From the NCBI GenBank assembly GCA_028534125.1, contig CM052845.1, positions 22,072,001 to 22,136,000 of the forward strand: 64,000 bases of DNA, written 5' to 3'. A program made the translations under genes and the position numbers. Positions 39,658 to 53,700 of the stretch are shown piece after piece. Numbering within the stretch: the first letter of the stretch is position 1; every line of letters starts with the position of its first letter. The notes under the pieces are model-generated. The model was not told where the DNA came from. It ran no database searches and saw nothing but the letters and a program-made list of their open reading frames with translations. This DNA comes from Lama glama. Taxonomy: Eukaryota.

Positions 39658-41095
39658 AGACCTAAATATCAGACCTAAACCCATGAAACTGGTAGAAAAA
39701 AAAAAGAACAAAATCTTCGTGACTCTGATAGGCCAGTGTTTCTTAGATATAAACAAAGTAATCAAAAAAACTGAGAAATCAGAAGTTCTCAAAATTTAAG
39801 ACTGTTGAGCTTTGAAATACAGTATCAGTAAAATGAAAATGTTAGCTAGAAACCAGAAGAAAATATTAGCCATATACATTTCTAAAATACACCTGAATCC
39901 AGAATAGGGTAACAAATTCTTACTAGCTTAACAACAAAAGGGCAAACAAGCCAATTTTTTACATGGATTAAAAAGATTTGAACAAACATTTTATAAATAA
40001 AATATACAATTGGCCTACAGATACCTAAAAGGTTTTGTTTCATTATCAGGAAAATGCATTTTTTTGAAATGATAGTATAATTTTTTTTATTGAACTATAG
40101 TCAGTTACAACATGTCAATTTCTGGTGCACAGCGTCTTGTCCCAGTCACGCGTATATAGACATGTATTTGTTTTCAAATTCTTTTTCATTAAAGGTTATT
40201 ACAAGACATTGAATAGAGTTCTCTGTGCTTTGCAGAAGAAATTTGTTTTTTATCTCTTTTTATATATATAGGGACTAACATTTGCAAATCTCAAACTCCC
40301 AAATTTATCCCTTCCCACCCCCTTCTGTAGCCATAAGATTGTTTACTATGTCTGCAAGTCTGGTTCTGTTTTGTAGATGAGGATGCAAGTTAAAGTTACA
40401 CTGTAATAGTGCTGCACACCAACTAGAATGGCTGAAAAAGCGGGACACTGTGGAATGTTGGTGAGGACATGGAGGAACGAGACCTGTCATTCCATTTGGG
40501 TGAGACTGTAAACCTGTATAGTCAATAAGTTCAGTCATTTAGTTGAGTTTCTTAAAGCATTAAACACATCCTGCTCTGAGATCCAGGCTTTCCGTTCTAG
40601 ACAGTTAGCCAAGGGGAACTGAATCATATTTTTACAAAAGCTTGTACGTACATGTCCATAGCGGTTTTATTCATAATAGTCCGAAATAGGGAAAACCTCA
40701 AATATGTATCAATTGGTAAATGGAGAAGCAAAATGGGATGTGTTCCACTGGATTACTGGATGACGACTTAGCAATGAAATGAACAGATTCATGTGCAGTA
40801 ACTTGGTAAGTTTCAGATTCATTTTCCGTAGTGAAAGAAGGCAGACCATACCTACTATATGTTTCTGTTTTTGTGTAAAATTCTGGAAAGTGAAGTCTAA
40901 TTTATAGGGCCACAAAGCAGGTTACCTGTGATTGGGGTTGATGGAAGGATGGTTTGATCTCCTGGAAGCTTTGGAAGGTAGTGTAAAAATTCTGCATCTT
41001 GATGGTGTTGGCAGTCTCACGGCTGTGTACTCTTTGGATTTTACACTTTAAAGTGAAGCATTTTATAGTGCACGGTTATACCTCAAAAATCTAGT
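39655..41095 (+). mobile_element. Old L1 3' region, interrupted by a younger antisense L1
   Basis: tagacctaaat...aaaagatttgaacaaacattt...ctagaatggctgaaa...ttattcataatagtccgaaatagggaaaacc...tacctcaaaaa. Confidence 0.8.
40078..40380 (-). mobile_element. Younger L1 3' end (probably lineage-specific)
   Basis: ttttttattgaactatagtcagttacaa...ggttattacaagacattgaatagagttc...ccataagattgtttactatgtctg...gttttgtagatga. Confidence 0.85.
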
Positions 41096-41608
41096 CCATT
41101 AAATGGGTGTCTTTATTTATGGTAGAGAGGTGTGTTCCCACGTGGATGGTTTTCTTACCTTAAACTTCCCGTACTTGTACTCAAAGGAAAACATTCTGGA
41201 TAAATGAATGAACACTTGAATTTCTGCTTTTTTACTTTCCCATTTTGTATTGCTACTAAATCTTGGAACAGGATACTTCAAATTCTAATTATTTTTATTA
41301 TAATCTTTAGCACCATAATGGTTTAACTTCTCAATGTGTCCGGCAGTCATATCTGACATATGTAAATAAAGCCGCTGCTTAATGAGTGAGTATTCCACAG
41401 TCAGAAAAGAAGGTTTCTCTTTTTGACAAAAGTTCTGCATCACATGGTCTGGGAACCTTGACTTTGCCTGGTGTGTATATGTTTTTTTCTTTTTCTTTCT
41501 TGTATATCTTTTCCTTTTTCTTTCTCTCCTCCTAGGTTGCTGTATCTAATCTCTTTAGAGTAACCTGGTTTGTCAGCGATGCAATTTTAATAAATAAGAG
41601 TGAAGACA

Positions 41609-41729
41609 GGGGAAAGGGTATAACTCAAGTGGCAGAGTGCATGCTCAGCACCCAAGAGGCCCCAAGGTCCATCCCCAGTACCTCCTCCAAATGGAAATCA
41701 GTAAAGAAACCTAATTTCTTCCCCCTCAG
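41609..41729 (+). mobile_element. Vic-1-like SINE with 17-bp TSD
   Basis: ggggaaagggtataactcaagtggcagag...; TSD aaataagagtgaagaca (41592-41608) / aaataagactgaaaaca (41730-41746). Confidence 0.88.
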
Positions 41730-42359
41730 AAATAAGACTGAAAACACAAAATGCTTATTTACTCTTTGCTTTAATCTAAAGGATTCATGGTTTTATTTTA
41801 TAGAATTTTAACTATTATAAGTTGTGTAATCAGCTGGTAGTAGCCATTGGTATAATTTTTGCTTGGAGTGAATCTTTGGACCTCTTGTGATGAAAAGTCA
41901 GTTGTATTTCCATTTACCTGGCTGCAGGGAAATTTAAGTCCCTGATTAGGCATATTTTTTAGAAACTATGAAGGATGGGGCTTTGTGTCTCTTGCAATAT
42001 TATGGTCTCAGGGATTTTTCTGTTTGAGATGATGGTGTGAAACATGGGGAGTATGCTGTCTCTGGACAGCTGGGGCCCTTCCATGAAGGCTGAGTGTCCT
42101 CACGGTGGCAGAACGCCTGTAAGGCACCTTCTCAGAGCTGTGCAGTGAGGATGCCATGGCATTGTGGGTCAGGGTCAGTGTGACCCCTGGGTCACCCCTC
42201 TTGCCCCTGGTGGTTGACTTCTCCTTATGCCACTCTAACAAGTTACAGATGAGGAAACTGAAGCCTGATGACTTGAAATAACCCATGAAAAGGTACATTA
42301 GCAAATTTCCTGACCTTCACTTCAGTGGTGATGCTTTACAACTCACAATCGGCTTAAAA

Positions 42360-42605
42360 AATTGTGTTAAAAAAAACCAAGACACAACATGAAACTGATC
42401 ATCTTAACCATGTTAAAGTTTACGTATGGGTCAATAGTGTTAAATACATTTATATTGTTCTAGAACTTTCTCATCTTGCAAAACTAGAGCTCTGTACTCA
42501 TTGAGAAAAAGTCCCACGTCCCCCCGCCCCCAGGCCCAGGCAGCCACGGCTCTGATTTCTGTTTCTATGATGTTGCCTACTTTGGGTGCCTCTTTTAAGT
42601 GGCTG
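42360..42605 (-). mobile_element. L1MB-like 3' end
   Basis: catcttaaccatgttaaag...agaactttctcatcttgcaaaactagagctctgtactcatt...ttctgtttctatga. Confidence 0.8.
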
Positions 42606-45092
42606 ATCCACGTCCTAACAATCCATGCAAAGGTTTTTTTGTCATCGAACTTCACATCTCCAGAGATACATCAAGCTTCTGTGTAGCCTCCACGCTCATA
42701 CTCTTAGAATTTTCTTAAAATGTTGATGAGTCAAAATTTACAAGTTTGAAGATGTCACAGAGAGTTTTGTTTCTGGTTTTGACTTCAACTTAACACGTAT
42801 TTAACACATAGCTCCTGTGTGCCACAGCAATGAATGTCCCCTTTCAGAGTGGTAGGTCATTGATGGAGGCAATGCTCATGGAAGAGCTAATGCGAGGCGC
42901 AGGGTGAGACGCCGAGACTGAATTACAGCGAGAGACGCAGTTTTCAAGGAGACCAGGCAAGGTAACAGGACAGCGGCAACTAGCCAGACCTTGAGAGTTT
43001 CTAAATTTGGTCACAAAGAAATGTGTCAGAGTTATAGCCCACTGTGTTTTGTCCTCAGCAAACCAAATTACATACATTCTGTGATCAATCATCCCGACCT
43101 CTGTCTTACCGATAACTCCATGGGATCAAAGCTGGTGGGCGCCGCAGACTGATTTGCCAGGTCAGAGTCTGGAGGAGGCTGTGTGCCCAGAAACTCAGCG
43201 AGGAATAAATAACAGCGAACCGCTCTTTACATGTTTTTTCCAGATTACTTTAAATAATGTTCGTGGTGACCTTGGGTTAAAAAGCCCGCTTAGTATATTT
43301 ACTCTTGAAAACTGTGAAAACCAGGCACACAAAATTGGCAGCTTTGAGGGAGCAGGATAGGAGAGGGTATATTGCATGTTACTATTGGGAAATTTTTTTT
43401 AAACTTTAAGTCCTATCAACATGTCCTTCAAAGTTAAATAATTTGGACTCTTTTGCACTCTGGCCTCGGTGGTGATAGATTGAAGACATGCATCGCACAA
43501 GATGCCTCCGTGGACAGTTAGGAGCTGAGTGACTCTGGACCCCTAGACCTCGGCATTAATGTGCTCCTTGACCGGCTCTGAAGGCATCATACGTTAGACA
43601 CACAGCATGCACCAGCATTCTTAGAAAGTAAATCGTCATGCACCCCTAAGCCTGTGGAAGATAAGTAGCCGCGTGCGAACTAAGCAGTATAAAAAGCAGT
43701 AGATAGAGAACTCAGTAAATAATGAGATACCGGGAAGCCAGCCTTGCAGCGCAGTGAAGTTGTGTCTTTGAGTGAACAGGAAAGGCCCATTGCACTTACT
43801 GGCAGTTAGTTATCTTCCAGTCTGCATCCTCTTGCAGTCAGTTCACCGTTGTCACTCGGTTGATTATCAGAGAGCTGAATACACTTCAAAAATCATTTCT
43901 GCATTTAACAGAAATGGTTGTGATTCTTATATTTTTCTGTGTCGTTTGTTTCTTTTTTCTCTCTTTGCTTTGCTTTTAAGGGCTTTGTTGACAGTGCAGA
44001 GAACACCAACAGCACGAGGGATTTGGGGGTTTCAGGCTTTCTAGACCGTTCCACTCCTCGTGTTACCCTCAGGTTAATTGTTGTTGTTGTTTGTAATGGT
44101 CATATAACAGTTTTGGGGTCGCAGCTCAAATATGAACCCCGAATATAGAGGTGGTGAGGTTGGGTGGCATTACTGGTCCCTTATCCTCTGAAATACTGTG
44201 ATTCTACATGCATTCTTACAGGGCAGTGTCTCCTTAGTTGGGTGTATAGATGAATTTCTTTTCTCTCTCATCTGTGTTTTTTATGTTTTCAGACTTAACA
44301 GTTTGAAAATGTTTTGAGGTGGCTGTGGTTAGACATATTAATGACAAGAAACAAAAGATAAAGTCAATACTAAATCATCCAGGTGCATTCTGTTTGCAAA
44401 TCAGCCATTGGTGGACACAGGACACCACTATTGGAGACACTGGGACACCAGATGGTTGAATGTGGGACATCACTCTTGATTCAGCAGTGGGCAGTCAGCA
44501 TTGGTCCTGCAGGTGGATAAGGAGCCTAGTGTGACAGGGGTGCTGTCCAAGAGAAGGTGAGGGAAGGCTGCACCCAACCACCTCTCCTCCTATGCCTTTA
44601 CCATCACTGATCCATCCTGAAAAAGCAAGAATTTACCTGAATCACTGTGATGTGGCTATTGGTGATTTTATTTTTCTACTTGCCCAGTTGCTAAGAAGTT
44701 GACCACAGGTAGGTATAAGAATTAGGAAAAATACAGGTGAGATAGAGGATGAGAGGGGAGAAAGGGAGACAGAAACAGAGAGATCAGTGTCTTGATGACG
44801 GTTCTGAATGCCCGGTGACCACACAGTAGAAGGGACAGGCTCTGTTCCTGGATCAGCATCCGCAAGACATTCGTGCTCCTGGTGCCTCAGAGGAGACGTA
44901 CCTGCTCCCACCCCTGGAGTTTCTACCACAGAAACCTTTGTGAGGGGCCCTGACTGGTGTCTGCAAGGCCAGGTGGGACAGCCCTGGCCTGTACACAAAG
45001 ATTGTCTAGAGCCAGGATGGTTTGAAGGGAATCAAGCTTTCAAAATTCAGATTTCATAGATCCTTTTTGTTAAACCCAATCTGGTTGAAAAA

Positions 45093-45096
<4 letters not shown>

Positions 45097-45132
<36 letters not shown>
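45097..45132. repeat. (GT)18 microsatellite
   Basis: Directly visible. Confidence 0.97.
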
Positions 45133-45134
<2 letters not shown>

Positions 45135-45980
45135 AATTTTAAAGCCTCATGGACTCAAGAAATACAATTTTTAGAGGAATATGATGGAGTGATCAATAAA
45201 AGCTTTAAAGTATAAACTGTGTGACATTAGAATAAAATTATGTGGGGTAAATGGAAGAGAACCACAAGTTCACTGAGGAGATGGTAGCGATCTATAATTT
45301 CTTCCTCCCGAAAGAGGAGTTCATTCCTATTTTTAAGTGGAAGATGGTGGGTTTCAGATTGCAGTGGTATTCAGATTTCACTGGCCATTTTTTAAACAGA
45401 CACAACAGTTTTATTTTTAAAGGTTGATGCTTGAGGCATCAGAAATGACATCCTTTGTGATTAGTTCACTGTATCATAAACATTTCAGATTCAAATTAAG
45501 AAGTGTGACTCCATAGGTTCTTTCTCAAAATTCCTTTACAGGTTGTAAGAGCGAAAAAAAAAAATTGATGGCCCTTGTGACAGAACAGTTGCTGTCCAAC
45601 GGTGTCCCGTGGTAGAGGTCATGGCTGGTTTCGTCTGAGTGGCGTCACTGAGCTTTGTGATGTGAGAGAAAGCGAGTGTGTGCGTGCGCGGTGAGGGAGG
45701 GACAAGTTTCAGCTGCTTGGGATGAGGCCGTGTGAGTTCACACTGCCCGAGGCACGCGAGGTGGGGACCTCGTCTGTGTAGTGCCTGTCCTCTGGAGAAG
45801 CCAGTAGTTGCATGGGGGGTGTTTAGCTGTAAGAGAACTAATAACAAAAATTAGAAGCGTGGTTCTCCTGCCACAGGAGTCAAGTTCAAGTGCCGAGTAA
45901 CTGCCGGTCCCCAGTGGCTGCCCCATGGGACCCAGAGAATGAGGATGCCCCCTTCTTGCAGACAGGTGGATGGTTCTTAC

Positions 45981-46171
45981 CTTGAAAACGGGATGGGTTA
46001 CGTAAATAGCGCTTTTCTCAAGAGGACTCGACCTCAGGTTTAGGCAGCCCCATACATCTGCTTTTCTCTGATAAAGGTGTGTGCGGTGTAATAGAACAGG
46101 CACTTTGTGTTGCACACTGGATGTGATCCATGAACTCTCAGCCAGTCTGAGCTTGTGGTGGGGTTGACGGG
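45981..46171 (-). other. Candidate internal exon (191 nt) of an unidentified minus-strand transcript
   Basis: Acceptor tttttttgcgttctcccttcag and donor AAG|GTAAGA on the minus strand; one frame open, but the peptide is not recognised. Confidence 0.3.
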
Positions 46172-49019
46172 CTGAAGGGAGAACGCAAAAAAACTGATTT
46201 TTGAGCAGATTCGGAAACTGTCCTTTAGCCAAAATGTTAAAATTGAGCCCACCTTAGACTTGTCTTTTGAAAATGGAATATTTCCAAACGTATCATTTTT
46301 TTTAGAATCAGAAAACCCAGGCATTGAACTTCAGCATTTGGACTATATTGTATTACTCACTGTTCAGAGGAAAAGCATAGTGCTGGCCATCGGAAATCAT
46401 TCATCAAGTCCTCTTGTCTGAATGTGTAATTATTTGATTTGTGAACAAGTTATTTTCCTTGATTGAATTTTGTCTCAAGTTAAAGGAGGGGGGGATGTAT
46501 TCCATTTGCACACAAATTGTACTTGTTTATTCTTAGGGAAATTTTGAAAACTATCCATGAATTATTATAAAAATTAGTTATTATTTTTGAATATTTAGCA
46601 ATGAAGTCTTTCATTTTGAAAGGCAGGAATGAATTTAATTAATTGAGTCTATTGACAGTGACCAGAATGAAAACTTTACAAGTCAGACAAAAGTACATCC
46701 AAGAAGTTTTTCGATTAATAAATTGGCAGAATTAAATTAAGAATTTAAATCATATTAGAAATATGATTTAAAATAGAAACTAGAGGAGTAATGCAGAAAA
46801 AATATCTGACACTCTACAGAAACACTGCTGTTGACTTGTGGCGAGATAAGTATCTGCCTGCATTTCTGTCAGAGGCGGCACATTGACTGGGATTGTTAAG
46901 GTCAATACTTACCTCAGGTGAAAAGTGAATCTTGAGTTTTTCATTGAGTCCAGAGATCAATACGTGTTGTGTTACAAAAACACTAACTATGTATTGTAGT
47001 CATACTTTAATATCTTCTTATAATGGTTTTCAGGGAAGCTGACTACTTTTCTCACCCTGGTTTTGAAAGAAATAGAATCTATCAGGACACTGGGGCAAGG
47101 AATTTGTCATGGCCATTTTGGATGTCTTCCTTTGTCTGTTCTTTTTCCTTTTTGTATGTCTCCTCTGAGAGAAGGTGCCTCACCCACACCTCTGGTTTAA
47201 CTGTTCATTTTTCATCTAGAGGAAGCAACTGTAAGACGGAAGAGCCATGTCCCACAGGTGACGATGTAGGTGACACTGATGTGCGGAGGGGCCTTCTGGG
47301 AGGTGCAGTGGAGGTGACGTGGATTCCCTGGCTTGATGGAAGTGCAGAACGAGGTCTGCGATTTAAAATCGTGCAGGGTATGAGCCACATCTGAGACTTG
47401 ACTTTCATTCCTCAGGTGAAGACAGGCGCTTGGAGCAGGTAGTCGTGGCCACAAAGGGTGCGCGTTGTGTGTGTGTGCGCGCACATGCACAGCGTTGGCA
47501 AGGAGTGTGGGGTGGATGGATTACAGTCTCTGCCTTTGCAGGTGTGTCTTTTATGGAATAGTTTGCCTGATTCTTCTTGGGAGAAGTTCCGGGAATGGAC
47601 TGTTTGGTTTAATCAGAGCCAACTGATTCTGTTTTTCACCAGTGACGCCAATTGTCCAGAAGGAAGTGTCTCCGTTCAGCTTCCAGGTGCCACGTTGCTT
47701 GTCTGGGAACGAGGCTCTGCCTGGAGCCCTTCTAACAAGCAGGCTCTCAAGCTCAGCCCTTTCGAAAGCTGATTGTTTCCTGGGGACTGTTTGTTCCATG
47801 GCTGAGCTTCGTCGGATGTGTGAACAAGTCACTTGTCCCCCAAATCCACGTTGTCCCATTTATAACACGAAGCGGCGCTTGCCCGTACGATGTGCTGTGG
47901 GACGAATCTGTTGGGGAGTGCCTCCAGCTGTAGCGTCCGGTGGTCCTCCCAGAGCCGCTGAGAGCTCCTCTAGGCCTTACCGGCTCCGGACAGCCCCTAA
48001 AGCGTGTCTGTCCCTCACGCCATGTGCTTTCTTTTTTTTTCAGTCGCGGCCACCAGATTTCTTAAATGGGCTATGCAAGTTATCTGCAGTTTCTCTTGTT
48101 AAGTGTTCTAACAGGAAAATGGACTTTGAGTGAGAAGACCTTGGTTTGTGCCCCAGTTCATCAGCTGTGGATCCTTACAAGTGACGTTTAGGTGGGACCG
48201 GTGTTTGGAAACTCAGACCCAAAGTCAGCTTAGGATCCTGAGTAAGCCTTTGTCCTTGGGAGTTTTAAGGGTCGACATGGTGTAAGCAATTTGAAGTTTT
48301 GTCCTTTACCCTTCAATCACTGTTGTAACCATTTGCTAGTGACCCCCGTGTTACTCGTGTTCTGGTCCCTCCCACTCCTGTCTGGTGGGGAAGTAAGGCT
48401 GCGAACCCTGCTGGTGCCACAGCCACCGGGGGGTTGTTACCGATGGAGCTGCAACAGGTGTTCATCCCCACGTGTCTCATTGTGTTGCTGAACCCCGTCA
48501 TCAGTGACATCACGTTCTTCTCCTTACAGTGCGTGGATTAACCATCCTGAAGTTTCTTTTGTAAAAAAATGTTTTCAGTGAAGAACAATTCCAGGCTTCA
48601 TGCATAGGCAGAAAAATAGAAACAAACTGTTGGGCTCAATGGAGCCCATGCGTTTGGAGGCCCTTTCTTTTCCGGGACCACATCTAATTGTTTCTTAGAT
48701 GGACATTAATATCTTCTTTTTAAAAAAGTGGCCCATTGGGTTTGTGGAAAATTGTTTATGAAAAACCACTTTCTTAAGCCTGATTTGGATTTTTTTGTTA
48801 GCTTTTGTTTAAACCTTCTGGCACGATCATCTGTCTGTCCACTGGGGATTATCACAGAAGAACTGTTGGCTCACGATGTCTGTTTTTCGGTGTTCCTGTG
48901 GGTTTTCCAGGCCGTTTTCCCCTGTGGAGCAGTGCGTTGAACAGCGCCGTCACTGGGTTTCCTTGTGGAAAAATTGCCCTAATTACATACTAAGACTTTA
49001 TCGTAGCAGATCAGCTGTC

Positions 49020-49550
49020 ATGTAGGTGGCGTACCAGAACCCACCACTGCCTTCCTTAATGCTAATTTTCCCCTCCTCCTGTGCTCACAGTTTCAATTTG
49101 GGGCCCGGCTGCACAGAATGAGGCCCACATTTCCTGGCCTCCCTCACAGTTAGATGGTGATGTAGTGACTCAGAGACAAGGGCTTATACTGCAAATACTG
49201 AACAGACACTTAAAGTATCCTCCTTGAAACACGCCTGATCCACGCACCTGGCCCTCCCTCATTGTTGCCTCCTTGGACAGCCTAGGATGTGTGCGGAAGG
49301 GTCAAGGCCAGGAATTCTGTTTCCAAGCTGGCAAGTGAGAAGCTGCCCTTGACCAAGAATGCGTCATGAAAATGGTAGAGGGTTGAGCTGGGAGCCCGGA
49401 ACCCTTAATGAGTTGGTGTGGTTTCCACAGAATCCACAGGGCGAATCTTTCCATGCTGTGTCCACGGGCAAGCAAAGCACTGACAGCATGTTCTCGCCAC
49501 TTTTATTGTAGGCTTTGTCTCATATGCAGCTGAACTTAATCCTAGGTGGT
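49020..49550. mobile_element. ERVL LTR (LTR33/LTR16-like)
   Basis: cacatttcctggcctccctcacagttag...gtgactc and a terminal tgcagctgaacttaatcct. Confidence 0.55.
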
Positions 49551-50904
49551 AATTAGATAATTTTTTTTTCTGGGTCGGTGAACTAGAAACAAGACGAGAT
49601 GTTATCTTGTCTAATCCCACGCCCAGTGTTTCACACCTGCCTGTAACACCTTGACAAGCGGGCGTCAAGCTCTGTTTGAACGTCTTCTGAGGCGACTCCA
49701 TCGCCCTTGGTCAGCTCATTTGTCTGAACGTCTTCCTCTAAGATGAAACAGAACTCAGGTAATCCATCCGCGATGCAAAGCGGATATTTAAGAATCAGAG
49801 TCGGGTGTTATGTCTTTAAAATTCTAGCTAAACATTGAGAAGAACTCTTTCCACGTCCTCTGCCGCCGTAGGTCCGGTTACCCAGGCGTCTTGCAGCCGC
49901 CCGCATCCCGTCTGTCAGTGTCTCAGGGCCACGGCTGAGAACCACGTTCCAGACCAGGTCTGACGGGAGCCAGGAGAAGGGATAGTGGCTTGTTCTGTCA
50001 CTATGACACTCTCTTCCTGTTGGATGATGAAACTCCCCTGGCTTCCTGAAGCAGGTGACCGTGACAGAAATCAATGAACGGTCCTTCACATCTAGGTCGT
50101 CCTCTCTTGCCAGCAAGGGCTCTGTGCTTTGCAGGCAGCCCTGGCTTGAGGCGGGCGGGGGGCAGCCACGCGAGTTATCTCACTGTGACGCTGTTCACCG
50201 CCTCGTCCTCTTACCCGTCTTTCAGAGTTAGTTTACTGACTTAATTACCAACGCCCGTCACAGTGGTTTAAAGGTACATTGGATGGTATTTTGACATCTG
50301 AAAGAACGCAGTTTTCCTGACTCAGACTTACCTTCTTTCCTGTGATGGTAGCCACCCTGGGGAAAGCGCGTCCGTGTCGAAATGACGGTTTGCTTTGGGA
50401 GCGCCCGTGCTGAGTGGTCTGGATAAGTCGTCACAGGTCACAGATAATCGTGAAGTATTAGACATATGGGATTGGATGAGGAGGGAGGGCATCTAGTACC
50501 GCACTCGTGTTTGCCGGACAGGAAAATAAGGCCCCCAGAGGTGATGTTGTCAGAGCCACTGACTGTGCTGAAAAAGATCCAAGCTAGAACAAAGAACCCC
50601 TGATCTCAGTTTTTTTTTCCCTCCGATCACTTAACTTCTTGGTTCATTCCACACTGATTCTTTGGGGAGTTTCAGAAGGTGACACCAGGCTCCCCAGTGA
50701 TTCTTGCTCCCTAATCCTTCAGCCAACCTAGATATCAATTTTTTTAAATCTATTTATTGTTCTGAGACTGACTTTACAAATTTATTTGAAATTTTAAAGT
50801 TTCATTGGAAAAAAGATCACTTGTTTGACAAAATAAAAATTCAGATGAAATGGCTGATAAAATAGTGTTGCTCGTGTATAGGTGCGTGGAATGCTAAAGG
50901 GGAA

Positions 50905-51322
50905 CCCAGCTTTCCCAGCCCCTGGCAGTCAGCAGGAGACACTTTGTCTGGAGGGAGGAAAATGCATCTGTGCCTCTTCGGCTCCCGGGGGAGTTTGGAA
51001 CTGTGCTGTTGCCCCTGAATGGCCGCGTGAGGGCAGTGCAGCTGCGGTGTGACTGCCATCAGGGCTACGTCCCTGTTTGGGGATCAGAGGGAGTGTCCAT
51101 TGTGTGCATGTCCAGCGAGCAGACTGGCAGAGCAAGCCTGGGCTCTTGGAAGATTGGACCCACTCACGGTGGACCCACCGGGAAAATCCAGGATACTCTT
51201 TCCAAGACAAGATCGTTAAATAATTACGTCTGCAAGTACCTTCTATCCTGTACGGTGACCAGTCACAGTCTTTGGGGAGTAGGACGCAGACATCTCCGGG
51301 GGGATAATTCTGCCTGCCACGG
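50905..51322 (-). mobile_element. MaLR (MLT1) LTR
   Basis: ggacccaccgggaaaatccaggatactct...caagatcgttaaataattacgtctgcaag...ggagtaggacgcagacatct...ataattctgcctgccac. Confidence 0.8.
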
Positions 51323-53319
51323 CACCCACCCGCCCGTTGTTGGGATGAGATACAGTGCAGCTCACCGGCACGCCCATCTGAACTTGATCTGGACATCAGC
51401 TCTTCTACCTCACAGACCGCTTGTCTTCTGTACTTTCAAGAGGGGTGAGACCAGAAGTCACAAGACTTTGAGCATGTCTTACACAGGAGCTATGGGAGCT
51501 GCTGATGCTGTAAGTTACAGGATGTCAACTGAAACTGGATCATGACAAATGTTACATGGAACAAACTACTAAAAAAGAAACTCTGCTTCTCACTGTTGGC
51601 TGAGTCCAACTTATTCAAATGGGAGATTTGAGACCACCAAGCTTTACTTACTTCAAAGGCTGAAGAAACTTGGATGTTTACCCTACGATTTCCAGAGAAT
51701 TCCAGCCTCTAGGAGAATTTTGAGAGGTCAGGGAATGCATTTAAGAGAGTTTTGGAGTCAGTTGGTGTGCTGTCTCCTCCTCACCGTCCCAGTAGAAAGG
51801 GATGGATAATGAGTATTTCTCCGTAAGTCAAGTGAAATACTTAGAGCACACAAGTGTCTCCTCTGTAGCTTTGTGACCATCGGGTGCTGAGTGAGTGAGG
51901 TCCAGCAAATTCATGCCAGTTACCGTGAGAGTCTGCCTGTCTCTAGAATTTGCAAACTCTCGGAATCAGAAATCGAGGGCTCCATTTCCAGACTTTTATC
52001 TTTTCTCAGACACTGCTGGCAAAGTGCACTGGAACATACATAATCAAGTTATATATTTTAAAAAATTTCCTCTGGCCCCGGCCAGACTGGGGACACACCC
52101 AAATCCATATATGAATTTTGAGGTGGGTAGCTATTATTACAATAGCAATTAAAGGAGGCTGCAGAGATAAGTGAATATCTCTAGTAGTTAATAGCTTTAA
52201 ATGTTTTTTTTAATCTAATTTTTCTTAAATAAGGAAAGGACAAACAAAATCTATACCTAATTAAATTACCCAGTAAAAGTCAAGTTTAACACAGTTAAGA
52301 CACAGGTTGATGGATTATCAATGATGTCATTTACATGGAGAACTTCAGCCTTCATGGTGATTTATCTCGATGGTTCAGGTATTTCCATGCACTTTAGCAA
52401 TTTGGATACTGAAGTTTTACAATATTATTCTACCAGGATAAAAACAAGTGCCAGATTTCTGAAAGTTTTAAACAAGTACAGATTCTCTCTTTATAAATAT
52501 TTAAAGAACTTCAGGTTTATAATATATCATTATATGCATGAAAATGTCAATAAAATCCAAGGGCTATTTCAGAAGCAGGTGGAAGGGTTTATGTTTCTGG
52601 GATAAATTTCCTACATCTTACTCTTTAACATTAGCTTTTTTTGCCAACCGCTTTTTTTAAAGTGAAGTATGGTTGGTTTACACTGTTGTGTGAATTTTCG
52701 CTTCTGTGAGTCCTCCAGACATCCTGATTTTCTCAGCTCCTCCTTGTCTTTCTTTCAGTGCCCACCCCCACCCCGCCTTCCACAGTGTTCTTTGTTGGGC
52801 TTTTCGTCTAATTTCACAACAGACCTAAATTTGCACATTTCCCTGTTCTCATGCATCCTCCTCTCTTCCCCGTGGTACCCTTCCCTCCTGTTGTGGGTGG
52901 TGGACAAAGGAGACACTGGTCTGTCAGTGATCTTCCCTGTCTACCCATGGATTTGTTGTGAACTATAAGAGATAAAGGGACTACTTTCTGGAATATGTAG
53001 CAGGATCCAGCGAAGTTCTAAAGGGAGGTGAGAGGTGGATAAGGAAGGTAGATGTAGGCGAATTAGTAAGATGATAGAATATGTATTCTGTGCGTTTGTC
53101 CAGCTAAGCCTTCCCTGTCCCATTTGCAAACTTGAGTCAGGTTAATTCGTCTTTTCCATAAGGCTAAGCTAGTACCTACATCCAGGAGGTGAGACAAATC
53201 ATCAGTTAAAATTCATACACATTCCCTATTCTCCTCTTTCCCTCTTTCTCCTTCTCTCTCTTGCTCTTTCTTATTTAAATTTATTTTACTTACTTAAAAT
53301 TATAGTTTCTTGTGTTTTC

Positions 53320-53585
53320 AAGCAAATATATGTTTTTATATGTATATATATATTTTATATGTATATAACTTTATATACATATAAATATTTTATTTAATAT
53401 ATATACAAATTATTGAGCATTTCATAAATAATATAATATACAATATAGTTGTATATTATAAATAAGTTTTATAAATAAATTAAAATTTTCATAAATAAAA
53501 TATTTAAATAAAATATTATGTACGTTGTAATTGTATATAACATAATATATACAATTATATATAAATAATTTTATTTTATTTGAAA
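53320..53585. repeat. AT-rich low-complexity tract
   Basis: Almost entirely A/T with TA repeats. Confidence 0.9.
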
Positions 53586-53700
53586 TGTGTCTCACACAGC
53601 TGAGTATTAGCTACAATGTCTCAGAGATTTTTCTAGAGTATTTCAAATGAGGCATTTAAGCTATTTTGATCCATTTGGTACATATTAGATCCCATGAATT

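Noticed and set aside
50970-51545. 191-aa ORF
   Set aside because: Lies mostly within an antisense MLT1 LTR
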